From Penicillus capitatus (taxonomy: Eukaryota; Plantae; Chlorophyta), in NCBI GenBank assembly GCA_965649825.1, contig OZ287695.1, forward strand, positions 1,973,288-2,037,287: DNA of 64,000 nucleotides. The letters run 5' to 3'. The position numbers and the translations under genes are program-made. Under the pieces are notes generated by a model. That model did not search any database. It saw only the letters and a list, made by a program, of their open reading frames with translations, and was not told where the DNA came from. This document shows positions 19,938 to 30,814 of this stretch, one piece after another (within the stretch, counting starts at the first letter, position 1; every line of letters starts with the position of its first letter).

Positions 19938-22900
19938 AGAGGTGGCAATGGATCATTTCTGACGATCGTCTGTGGCTGGAAAGAGTGTCTTTCTCTGTTC
20001 CTTTTCCTATTGATCTCTGCTCTGGGAGAATCATAGACATTGGTGGCAGACAGTCTACTGCTAGATTTACACTTTTTGGAGGTTTTGCTGAACTCTGGAG
20101 GATATCGCTGGAAGAGAGGAATGTTCGATGAGAACAATGCAGATCATCAACGATGTCAGTTTAAGCACTTCTGCGAGTGTGTCGACATATTGCGACAATC
20201 AGAAACTATTAGAGGACACCAAAGTCATCGCCTATGCGGCGAGGAAGTGTCTGCATTATCAGACTGGAGATGTGAGTTTTTTCTATCATCGTGAGATCGA
20301 TCTCCAAGAGTCACTTCAACGTAACCGTTTCTCTATTGCTCTGGAAATCACGTCCATGACAGAGCACGACAGCAAGCATCGAGAAGACGTCGGCGCACGT
20401 GTTCCTGATGGAATGGATCAGTTTGCAAAAGACGCTGTCGGATCTCAGAATATGACCCCGGATGCTTCCTTTAGATGGAGACATATGATGTGCTCAAAAT
20501 CGGACAGCAGTGTATGTTAAGCAATATGTTAACAGATTGTTGTCATCATCATGCTTGGCTTTTGCCTGCGAACGCGTTTCGTTTGTTACCGGAGACGTTG
20601 GAAAGTCATAATTACCGGACTCGACTAAGCAGGTCCTGTCTTGATGCGATCGAAGAGATGGAGAGTTCGTGTGCTCATCCTTTACGGATTCGGAAACAAA
20701 TGAATTGCTTTCGGGCCTGTGCGTTAAGGGCCTTTTGTTCTCAAAGGCCCGTCACTCTCAGCGGATTACTTCAGCCGACCGGACATTAGGCACAGTCGTG
20801 TTGACGTGTCTCCAGTGGACATGCAGCTGCTACCATCATCGCGAACGTGTGGCGTCGCAGACTGGAAACGGACAGTTATTCGCTGCGGTTTGCCTTGTAA
20901 GGGATGTTGGTGACTACGATCGAAGTGCTACATCTCAAACCACAAGGGTGGCAATGACTGAGTGCATACCATGAAGCGTAAAATAGCTGAACAGAAGAGA
21001 AATCCTTAAAAGCGTCTGATCGTTCGACTCAGAAAAGATTCACAAGCATTACGCTGATGGATCCGAACCTCTCTCAACGTGGTTGGTCACAATTGGAGAG
21101 ATGGATGTTAAGTACTTGCTGATTGTTACAAGACCATTCACAGTCATCCAAGAGTGTATCGACGGCGAAAACGCGAACCCAAACTAGAGGTAAGATCTCA
21201 CAGACAAACATCCCTCCGCGAAAACGGCTCTTGCCACCCACGGCAGCCAGAACAACACGTAAGAGAACAAACGTCTTGAAGCTGTTCTTCCATGCGTTCG
21301 GCAAATTGGTCTTGCCGAAAGAAGAAACAGAGGCATCATCGCGGGGAAGCCGCCAAGACCATCAAACAGTCCACAGTACTCATGCGCCGTCAGTCCATCG
21401 CGTTCCGAATCAAAGCAGTTAGACCTCGTATAAGTGCCCCATCATCAGCAAGATCAGTCTGAGACGCTTGCGCCACAAATATCCGTCTGGATGCTCACCT
21501 TCCTCCGTGTCTCGCGGCGTAGCGCATCGAGTCATGGAGCTCCATCGATACTCCCAGCGTCCGTAGAAGCGCCCTCCTCTTTCGAAGCATTCACCCACAC
21601 AGCGAAAACTCTGTCTCCAAACTGGAATGCCTTCTTCCCTTCGAGCTTTATCAGTATTCATTTCATGGTCACGTCTTCCTGAAAACACCTGTCACCTTCT
21701 TGTTCGGAGTGGCCTCGAAGCTGTCTCTCTCTGCGCGATCACTCGGAACAGCCTCCCGCTCCCGTTCATGGCAAGAGATCGCATGCGCACGTCGGAATGT
21801 CAAAGTAAAGACGCGCGCAGACATTCGCACCGCCACGTGTCGTCTGACTCTCGCAGTGGACGGTCGATGAACAACTCCCTAGGAAGAAGTGTTTGTACGC
21901 ACTCATGGCCCAGGACGCCGAATGTCGAGACCCGTGCGACAACGGTGTGGGTCTTGCACAAGAGCTCTCGTGGGCCGAAGCAGCGGACGGGGAATCGACA
22001 ATGGCCCCGACCCAGCGTTCCGTGTTTGGCATGGACCGTGGATGATGTGACAGTGCGCGTAGCGGACACACTGTCAGCTGCTGTGTCGTTGGCTTCGCCG
22101 CTTCCATTCCTCGGCCTCGAACACACAGCACAGCCTCTGTTTCGCTCATGCTCCCTCTGGCTAACCGGCATCCATTGTTGAACAGGCCGCTCGTTGGACT
22201 CTTTCTTTCGACACAGGCAGTTTCCTTTTTCATCTCTTTTTTTTCTCGCGCAGATTTCTGTAAACGAATGCACTAACAGTAACGTCTCTCCACGTCAAGA
22301 CGCACGATCGTTGGAAGACCCAATCCCATCACTGTCGTCTATCCCGAACCTGCAACTGCAGCAGCAGCGTATAATGATGCAGAAGAGAGCATGAGAGGTG
22401 TGTCGATAGGTAAAGTCTTCTCGTTGGCTATGGAGTTGTGTGCATCTATACCTCCTCCTCCACATAGGAACGTTTTTGGCAGCTCTTTAGGGGTACATCG
22501 AAGTGCACGGCCCTGCAAAGCCTTCCTCCTAAGGAGAGAAGGAATTGGACACGAAAACGCGCCTTGGTTGTTCCCGTCATCGTCTACTGAGCCGAGATCG
22601 GCACCGTGTCAAGAATTGCCGACGATTTTATTCTGGAAACCGTCTTCAAAATTTGAGCCCTGCAGCCTCGCTGCCTCTGCGCCGACGATAGACGCCATCC
22701 ATCCATTCCTGTATCGGAGAAAGATGAGCGGCCAGTACCTCGGCCACGACAAGTCCCCGTTGTCACGGAGACTTTAGCCATTCACCTCTGGCGGTAAGAT
22801 TAGCCAGTCGTCGGAGAGGATAACGTCGCTAGCAAATCGCACTCCCCACTTGACTGTGTGATGCAGTGGTTTTGGGCAACATCTCGATGGAGATTTGACA

Positions 22901-24764
22901 AAGGACTTGAACGGAGTATCGATCAACGCTTCCAGCTGCAGAAACTTTCTCGATTTTCATTGAAAGATCGGAGGAATGACGCAACAGTGATATCGGATTG
23001 GCTGAGCGCACTGAGAAGAGCAGAACAACTGCTGTGATCCGTGCCGCAGAACGGAAGCACTCTTTTCTTGTCAAGACAATAAGAGTACGTCAAAGACACA
23101 GACGCAGTTCAGCCGCTCTTGCTCTCGGCGCCTTCTTCGAGCGGCGAAGAACGTCGATGTCGGGCATGCACAGGAACCGCTCTCTTCTAAGGCTGAACAA
23201 TACGGTTCAGCTCACTAGATTGTTCGTTTATTCCTTCAGGGACCGATGCGCGTCTAGTGTTTGCGATCATTTGATTGCCGCCGTCGGAGACACGCAGGAG
23301 ATTCAGGCGCGTGTTCGAGGATGCGAGGGCGGTGCCCCTGGAGACAGTTCATGAAGGACACGTGTCGGACGCAGTCGATGGTGCATTCTGTCCTGATCAT
23401 CAATCTCCGACCGCGGGGCTTTGACGGTCTGCATCACAGCCAGTCCTTGTCACATTCACAAGCTTTGTTTCTGCATGTGAAGACTCTGCTTTCGAGATCC
23501 TTATTCGGGGGTGGGTTCGTTTAAGGGCGTTCATTTGCTTCGGCTATGGTAGAGTTGCCCTGCGCCCATTGGGAACCTGGGCAGCTGTCTCGAATTCGGG
23601 AACGGTGTTTTCAAACTCATAGTAATCGAAGCACAGCTGTTGCAAGTTCAGTTGGCTACAGAACAGCTCGAATGGTAACTTAGCCAGGGGGAAGTGGTAA
23701 GAGGACGGTCACTGCACAGGTGTAAATAGAGAGAAGAACGGTTCCTTTGTTTTAGCCAAGGCGGGAAAAGGCACTACCACTTCCGAGCAAAAAAGCTACC
23801 GTGCATTGTCCGACGGAGGCGTCCGAGGAAAAGGCAGCTGACTACCAGTGATTATCTGTCTGGCGGCCTTCTCTTGAGATGCAGTGGCAAACAACTCAGA
23901 CCTCCGCTTTGCTAAATACTCATGCCTTCTGCGCTGGATGCCAAACCGCTCACCGCAGAAAGATCCCTGGAAGAGAATGGTTCCATCGGAATGATCCATG
24001 ATGAAATAGAGGAAAGGATGCTCAACATTGAAGTGAGCAATTTCAATTTCATTTCTGCGTGCAACGATGACTTTTTTCCGGCGTTCAAGTTTACGGCAGG
24101 ACGTCGATTCCATCTTCGTTCCCTAAAGTTCAAGCTTCAGACAACGAGACGCATGTGCGATTGCCGCAGGCACCGCTTCATCAACGTGGATGTTGGCTTT
24201 CTGCGTACCTGCGGAAATCTTGATTGCATCTCTAGACATGCTGGAGAAATCAGATGCATGATCAAGAACCGTCTGTAGTCCTGGTGTTTTCAGTAACCCG
24301 GCGAGCACATCCAGTTCCGTCTCGCTTATCCATGGAATCATTTTCACTTCAGCTACTTTGATCGACTTGAACCCGTCAGTGAAGAGACCAGAAAGGTATT
24401 CTGGAAGCATTTGTTCTGCATTCTTCCATCCATCACTTTCGTTTGGAAGAAGAATGAACAGTTTAAACTGCGGATCTCTGTAGGGGATCTCGAGAAGACG
24501 TCAGCCGAGCTCCGGCACTTCCTTGGTGAAAACGTCCTCAAAACTCTGCTTTAATGCGGACCGGTCGTATTCCTCTCCACTAACGCCCCGAAACGTAAGA
24601 CGGCGACGGTTTGATATTATTCTATGCCATCTCCCTTGGAAACGCAAAGAGCTGATCATCATCATCAGCGTTTCATCAGAAGAGTCTCCTGGTCTCGAAA
24701 GCGTCACAGCATGTCCCACTCCTATTTCGCCCATCGCCTTCTTCACCTCTTCCTCGATGGATGC

Positions 24765-24915
24765 TGTGAGCGACAGACGCTCGCGACAGAGACGGATGGG
24801 ACATAATGATAGAAGATAAATTGTCGCGAAAAACGACAGAGCGTCCCTTTTAAAAAAGTTTCGATAGGGTTTTGTGTTTCGCCGCGATTTTCGCGTTCGC
24901 AGTGAAAATAGCACA
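24765..24915 (+). repeat. 5' LTR (151 bp)
   Basis: TGTGAGCG...ATAGCACA, identical to 29385-29535. Confidence 0.95.
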
Positions 24916-27900
24916 TGGTTTCGGAGCGAGTTGTAACTGTAGTGGCCACTCTAGTGGCCACTACCCTCGGGAGACTCTTCGTCGGTTGGCTCTGGGAGCC
25001 GGCCGATAGTCCTAAAGGCGGCGACGAAGACTACTGCCCGGTCGATGAGGACGAAGAATTTATGTCGTCTCGTTGGGCGAACGCAAAATGGCTGCTTTGG
25101 GTGTTTAGCGCTTTGACGGTTATGACTAGCCTCTCCATCGGAGGCGCACTGCTTGTTATATGGAGATGGAGACGGAAAGATTTATCTTCCGAGCCGGCGA
25201 CCTGTAATCGTGAAGATGGAGTCGCGCTTGCACTATCGCAGCCATGGCCTTATGATTCAGAGCGCCGCGTCGGTAGGAACCGACGATTGAGCGAATGGAC
25301 AGTCCGAACACATCGGCAGACTATCGCGAAGCTGGAATTTGAGATAGTGGACCCATTTCAACGGGTTAGAGCCTTGACAGCGCATTTCGATGAGACGACG
25401 CCATTTGGCGACTCAGTGACCGCCGATATTCGTTCGGTCTGTGTGGCATATACAGGAGGTGGCCCCTTACCTCCTAACACAAAGGGAGCAAGAGCTGACG
25501 TTGCATCGCGCGGTGAGGAGATGTGGAAGGCTGTAGCCGCGCGCTTGGAGCGTCTGCATGGGGGAGTGGAGGACGTGCCAGACCGCGTGCAATACTTGGT
25601 TGAGTTGCGCCGCGGGGAGACCGAATCGGCCTTGGCCTTTGTCAACCGTTGCAGAGTCGTCTATTTCGGACAGTGTGAAGGAGTGAGCATGAGGCGCGCC
25701 ATGAATGTGGTGATGGCGAAGCTCGAACCAGAGTTCGTAAGCTACCTCAGGAACAACGCGGATTACAATCTCCTCGATTTCGAAGAACTACAAGCTTTAG
25801 CAACTCGATACCACACGTGGAGTAATGTGAAGAGACCAAGATCAGGTCACAGGCATCACATCGGGCACATCGGACAGGAGGAAGATTCCGTGGTCGATCC
25901 GTACAACGCAGATCTGGTCGATCCCGAAGATCCAGCGTATCAAGAACGCGAGGGCGAAGTTGTGAACATGACGAAGAAGATGGACGATACTGCCGGCAAA
26001 GCAAAGCAGTTTCACGGACATTGTTTTAGATGCGGAAAATACGGACATCGTAAACGCGATTGTAAGGAGAAGAGTGGTTCTGAGTATACCATGCCTTCGA
26101 CGCATACGGCGACTAATGCGGCGATGATGAAGAGTTCTGCCGTTGAAGAGGGGCTCCCACTCTTGCATCTCACCGTCAATCTTGGTCAAACCCGGGATAC
26201 TCAAAGGAAGACGCGGATGCTGGTCGATACTGGCGCTGCTCGCAGTGTGATACCTTTGCGCTTGGTTCGAAAGCAAGGGTGGCCCGTCGATCCCTCCGGA
26301 GCAAAGTCTCTCCAAGCCTTCAATGGTCAAGTGGAGAGGACATCGGGTGTGACGGACTTATGGACTACGATCGGCCGTGAGACTAGAAAGGTGCAATTTG
26401 AAGTCTCATCCTCAGCATCGCAGCCTTTGATTGGGAAACCAACTCTCACTGCATTTGGTGCCATCATTGACTGTGTATCCGATGCATTACGCATTGAGAA
26501 TGGGGAACTTATTCCATGCTCTGCGGTTAAGAGTCAAGTCGACGTGGAATCCGAAGATCGACAAAGACGACCTGACAAAAATGATCTGGTGATACGGGAA
26601 GATGAGACTAGGACGGCAAAGCCATTCCGACGGGAAAACGCTGTTTTCTTACCCCTCGGCCGATCGTTAGTGCTCAAGCCGATGGACATGACGACAGTGC
26701 AGTTGCCATATAGTGTCATGAACGGAGAGGTGCTCCTATCGGGTTCCGGAAATCTGCCGGCCGGAATAGCCGTCATCGGAGCCACGAGACAGCGAGGGGT
26801 ACCTTTGAAAGTTCATTTCATCAATCTTTCAAGCGAACCCCAGCAACTGGGAGCAAAGAACGGAGCCGTCGGCTTTCTAGTCCCCCAAGAGACGTCAGTG
26901 TTCCTACACCGAGTGTCAGGAGAGATAGTTCCCATTGAACGCAATCGCCCAGCAAAGCGGGCGGTTATTGCCACCTGTACGGTCATGGAAGAGCTGCAGA
27001 AGAAGTTTCCGGAGGTGCTTCGCGACGGCGTCGGATTGACGACCCACTATGCAGTCACAGATGCAGGATTGCGCGAAAATGTCGATTGGAGCCGACTTAA
27101 GCTGAGATTTCATTCGCAAGCAGAGTGTGACAAAATGCGACCGATGGTAAGAGATCTCCTTGACCTAGACGTTATCGAGACGGTCAAGACCCGGCCAACA
27201 GTTGTCACCCCGATGATCATAGTGACGTCCCCAAACGGGAAGTCCCGTTTGGTCCATGATTTTCGTCTATTGAATGCAGCTTCGCTCGCACTACAAGCCA
27301 ACGCTTTAGACAGAATGAAGACAATCGAATCAATACCTGAACGAGGGGTTTGGAGTACAATTGACCTGGCGAAGGGATATATGCAGATACCTCTCGATGA
27401 GTCAATTCGACAGTATTTCGGTTTCGAGCTGCAAGGTCAATGGTACAGATTTAAGCGAGTACCGTTCGGTTGGATTCATTCGGGGACGCATTTTACGACG
27501 GCTCTCAACATGACGATGGCCGAAATAGCTCCAAAGTTGCCTCCGGATGCAGTGATTCGAGCCTATGTTGACGACATATTACTGGGTACCCAGACCGAGG
27601 AATCTCATGATACTGCGTTGGGGGTGATTTTTCAGGCCTTATCGGCTCACGGATGGTGTTGCAACCCGCAGAAAATCCGTTTAAAACGTCCGGCTGTCGA
27701 GTTCCTCGGGATTGAGATCGGGCGCGACGGCATCCGACCATCCTCGGGCCTCATTAAAAAGCTCTCAGACCTCTGTATACCGAACAATACAAAAGAGTTG
27801 CGGGTCGTGTTTGGTCTGTTGAACCAACTGGTCAGATTCCAAGGTCATCAGCATGCCATCGTCGCCCCGCTGCGACAGTATCAAGGAAAGCCTCCGGATG

Positions 27901-29426
27901 CCTTCAGAACAGAAGAGTTTCGCAAAGTGTGGAATGAAGTAATAGAGAGGACCCAGACTGAGTGGCATGTGCTTAGCTTCCCCCAAAAGAATGGGAAGTG
28001 GACCGTGATTTCTGATGCTAGCTCAACGGGGTATGGGGCTGTTCTTTTATCGGATGACAAACCTGTGGCGATGTTCAGCAAGTCTTCGTCAAAGACTTGG
28101 GCACATTCCAGCGAGGCAGAAATCGACGCTATCTTGCTAGCCCTCCGTGCGTTTGAGGGCTACATCGCACACTGCCCCGTCGAGGTATACACCGACAACT
28201 GGGCAGCCTTTCGCGCCATGTCTCCTGACAATTGCAGCCCGATTGTCCTCCGCAGACTGGATCAGATTTTGCAGTTTAACCCGAGTGTCAAGTTCATCCC
28301 AGGCGTTGAGAACACTGCTGCGGACCTTCTGTCACGATCCACCTATCTCCAACGAAGGATACACGCGATCGATTCCCCCGAGGTCCCGACGGAAAAGATA
28401 CCGACATTGACACTAGAGCGCAGAAGGTTCATTGAGGACGTACACAACCGAGGCCATGTAGGACCCGCCGCAGTCGCGGATGAGCTTCGCCGGCGAGGGA
28501 AGTCATACAAGGGAATGTTCAAGGACATTAGGACTATTCTCAAGTCTTGTGATGCTTGCCAGAAGTGGCAGAAGCGAGTCCCACAGGAGTCATTTGGTTC
28601 CGTTGAAGCCATTCGCCCCGCTCAAGTCGTGGGGATCGATTTTATGGGACCGTTCCCGGCACAAAGCCGAAGCGCTGGAGGATACGTCGGGGTGGCGATT
28701 GACGGATTAACCCGTTTCGTAGAAACAGTGAATGTGCCGGACACTAGCATCCGATCCGTGATGAAGCTCGTTCGACATTGGATCAATCGACATTCGACTC
28801 CGGAAACGATCATATCAGATGCTGGAGCCGCGCTGCGTTCGAGCGAATTCAATAATTTCTGTGGCAGAAATCAGATTCGACATGTGATGGCCGCCCCTCA
28901 TCACCAAGCTTCGAACGGACTAGTGGAACGTGCGATCCAGACCATTCTACGTAGGATAAGGAGAATGATGAGCACGAGCAACTCGCCCTGGCGCCGTTCG
29001 ATTTCCGAAGCTGTGGGTATATACAACACTACAAAACATTCCGTGACTGGATATAGGCCGAAAGAGCTTATGTTCGGATTGGGACAGTCGGAAGGGGATC
29101 CGGGTATGGCATTGGATAAAGCCCGACAACAAGCTGTGGTTCGTACGCGACAACAGAGGGCATATCGAAATAGCCGTCGACAAGGGAGGCGCCAGATGCC
29201 GTTAGAGATCGGATCCGAGGTGTTGATTTACCTTCACAAGGGACGTCGCAAACTGGATCCCTGGTGGAGCGGTCCGCACGTCATCACCGCTCGCCTCTCC
29301 TCCCGACGATACTTGGTTTCTAAGAATGGAAGAAGCCAAGTAGTGCATGGCGACGACTTAGTGAAGTATTGGCGCAGGGAAGCGTGTGAGCGACAGACGC
29401 TCGCGACAGAGACGGATGGGACATAA
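24915..29426 (+). CDS. Single-frame Gag-Pol polyprotein (1503 aa)
   Basis: CFRCGKYGHRKRDC; LVDTGA; YVDD; VISDAS/EAEIDA/YTDN/ADLLSR; HNRGH..CDAC; GIDF/ISDAG/LVER; WSGPH. Confidence 0.96.
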   Translation: MVSERVVTVVATLVATTLGRLFVGWLWEPADSPKGGDEDYCPVDEDEEFMSSRWANAKWLLWVFSALTVMTSLSIGGALLVIWRWRRKDLSSEPATCNREDGVALALSQPWPYDSERRVGRNRRLSEWTVRTHRQTIAKLEFEIVDPFQRVRALTAHFDETTPFGDSVTADIRSVCVAYTGGGPLPPNTKGARADVASRGEEMWKAVAARLERLHGGVEDVPDRVQYLVELRRGETESALAFVNRCRVVYFGQCEGVSMRRAMNVVMAKLEPEFVSYLRNNADYNLLDFEELQALATRYHTWSNVKRPRSGHRHHIGHIGQEEDSVVDPYNADLVDPEDPAYQEREGEVVNMTKKMDDTAGKAKQFHGHCFRCGKYGHRKRDCKEKSGSEYTMPSTHTATNAAMMKSSAVEEGLPLLHLTVNLGQTRDTQRKTRMLVDTGAARSVIPLRLVRKQGWPVDPSGAKSLQAFNGQVERTSGVTDLWTTIGRETRKVQFEVSSSASQPLIGKPTLTAFGAIIDCVSDALRIENGELIPCSAVKSQVDVESEDRQRRPDKNDLVIREDETRTAKPFRRENAVFLPLGRSLVLKPMDMTTVQLPYSVMNGEVLLSGSGNLPAGIAVIGATRQRGVPLKVHFINLSSEPQQLGAKNGAVGFLVPQETSVFLHRVSGEIVPIERNRPAKRAVIATCTVMEELQKKFPEVLRDGVGLTTHYAVTDAGLRENVDWSRLKLRFHSQAECDKMRPMVRDLLDLDVIETVKTRPTVVTPMIIVTSPNGKSRLVHDFRLLNAASLALQANALDRMKTIESIPERGVWSTIDLAKGYMQIPLDESIRQYFGFELQGQWYRFKRVPFGWIHSGTHFTTALNMTMAEIAPKLPPDAVIRAYVDDILLGTQTEESHDTALGVIFQALSAHGWCCNPQKIRLKRPAVEFLGIEIGRDGIRPSSGLIKKLSDLCIPNNTKELRVVFGLLNQLVRFQGHQHAIVAPLRQYQGKPPDAFRTEEFRKVWNEVIERTQTEWHVLSFPQKNGKWTVISDASSTGYGAVLLSDDKPVAMFSKSSSKTWAHSSEAEIDAILLALRAFEGYIAHCPVEVYTDNWAAFRAMSPDNCSPIVLRRLDQILQFNPSVKFIPGVENTAADLLSRSTYLQRRIHAIDSPEVPTEKIPTLTLERRRFIEDVHNRGHVGPAAVADELRRRGKSYKGMFKDIRTILKSCDACQKWQKRVPQESFGSVEAIRPAQVVGIDFMGPFPAQSRSAGGYVGVAIDGLTRFVETVNVPDTSIRSVMKLVRHWINRHSTPETIISDAGAALRSSEFNNFCGRNQIRHVMAAPHHQASNGLVERAIQTILRRIRRMMSTSNSPWRRSISEAVGIYNTTKHSVTGYRPKELMFGLGQSEGDPGMALDKARQQAVVRTRQQRAYRNSRRQGRRQMPLEIGSEVLIYLHKGRRKLDPWWSGPHVITARLSSRRYLVSKNGRSQVVHGDDLVKYWRREACERQTLATETDGT

Positions 29427-29535
29427 TGATAGAAGATAAATTGTCGCGAAAAACGACAGAGCGTCCCTTTTAAAAAAGTTTCGATAGGGTTTTGTGTTTC
29501 GCCGCGATTTTCGCGTTCGCAGTGAAAATAGCACA
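29385..29535 (+). repeat. 3' LTR (151 bp)
   Basis: Identical to the 5' LTR. Confidence 0.95.
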
Positions 29536-30814
29536 GATGCCTTTCCATCCTGGAGGTTCACCCTTGTGATATTCTGGGAACCGACTGCCCGCACGAAGTC
29601 CTTTTCCAACGGAACCGATTCGTCGACATACATGTGACTGGTCATGCTGATGTCGACGTCATACGCGGGTGACTCGTCACGAAATGAATAGCCTTTTACC
29701 TTCCGCCCGTTGAGCCTTGCGGACAATTCGCGAAATGTCATTCTCTTTTACAGGCATACCGCCGTTGCTGCGGTTAATGGACTTTTAGACTTACTGGTAA
29801 ACATAAAGTGGCGTCCAGTGCGTCTTTCGTCTCTCCTGCGGCTCCTTCGCGAATCAAACAGAATGTCGCAGCCGCGGCAAGCGGAGAGAAGACGATGCTC
29901 TCTGTAGGATGCTCTTCGCGCCATTTCAGTAACAATTTCTGACCGAGTGCGTTCACTGCCGCAGATGTCATGACCCGAATCCCTTCTCAAAAGATGGTTG
30001 TCCTCGGCGATGGTCTTCGCTAAACGAGCATCTACAAGGCAGCGTCTCTCTAAGGAATGTGATCATCTCCTCCGCCGATTAGACTCCCGATGATACGTCG
30101 AGACGTCATTCTAAGAACCAACAGAGAATTGTTCACTCGGCATCCGCTTCTTGATCGCACGCCTCGGTGACTTTCTCAGATCTCTGTGCTTCGACGAGTC
30201 AGATGTAAACAACTGAGCACCTCCAGTGCGTCAATAAGCATTTCTCTGAGAGTGTCGGGATCGGTACAGTCAGCACTCAAGACTTGCTTAAACATTTGTA
30301 TCCACCTCTGAGTATCTCGACTGGTTTAACGATGTCCTCGCTGTGCACTCAAGCATATTATGGTCTTTCACCAAACGCGTTGCAAGTTCTAGGTTCCACT
30401 GTAAACTTCAACATGAGACTTAATTGGTCATTAAAGAGGCAAAGAACTGGAAACCTGAATAAAGGGAAAAGGACAAAAACTTTTTAAACTGTCAACAATT
30501 CTAAGGCCACTCGGTATCGGACCTCCAATTCGGCAAGCACATCTGTCATCCGAGAATCTACTACGGGACAGACATCGATTGCGAGAACACAGGGAAGGTC
30601 TCAAGAGGAAGGGCCGCGAAGGCGCAATGATTCAGTGAAGCTTTTGTGTGTCCCATTCTTCATGAAGTGACCGAAGATGTCTTTATGCACCAAGAAAGAG
30701 GACACTAGACAGAACAAGCAAGGTCACACCAATGACAGCGGTTGGTTTTTCATTAACAGATTATGACATCTGTGCAACATCGCCTGCACAAGGAACAGTT
30801 CTGGGGGTGTTCGG

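Larger units (their letters stand above)
24765..29535 (+). mobile_element. Intact Ty3/Gypsy LTR retrotransposon with 5-bp TSD GATGC (24760-24764, 29536-29540)
   Basis: Identical 151-bp TG...CA LTRs, PBS 24916-24928, purine-rich AGGGAAGCG before the 3' LTR, PR-RT-RH-IN order. Confidence 0.97.
23796..29971 (-). pseudogene. Serpin gene (multi-exon) disrupted by Gypsy insertion
   Basis: SIVFSPL...GAAGETKD; SHMYVDES; frame QDGKA|SIEEEVK restored across the TSD; FQGRW; KANIHVDEA|GTK after a 51-nt intron; FNVEHPFLYFI...ILFQG. Confidence 0.85.

Noticed and set aside
20000-23600. Scattered ORFs of 60-180 aa
   Set aside because: No recognisable motifs or consistent exon chain; possibly decayed genes or TEs, left unannotated
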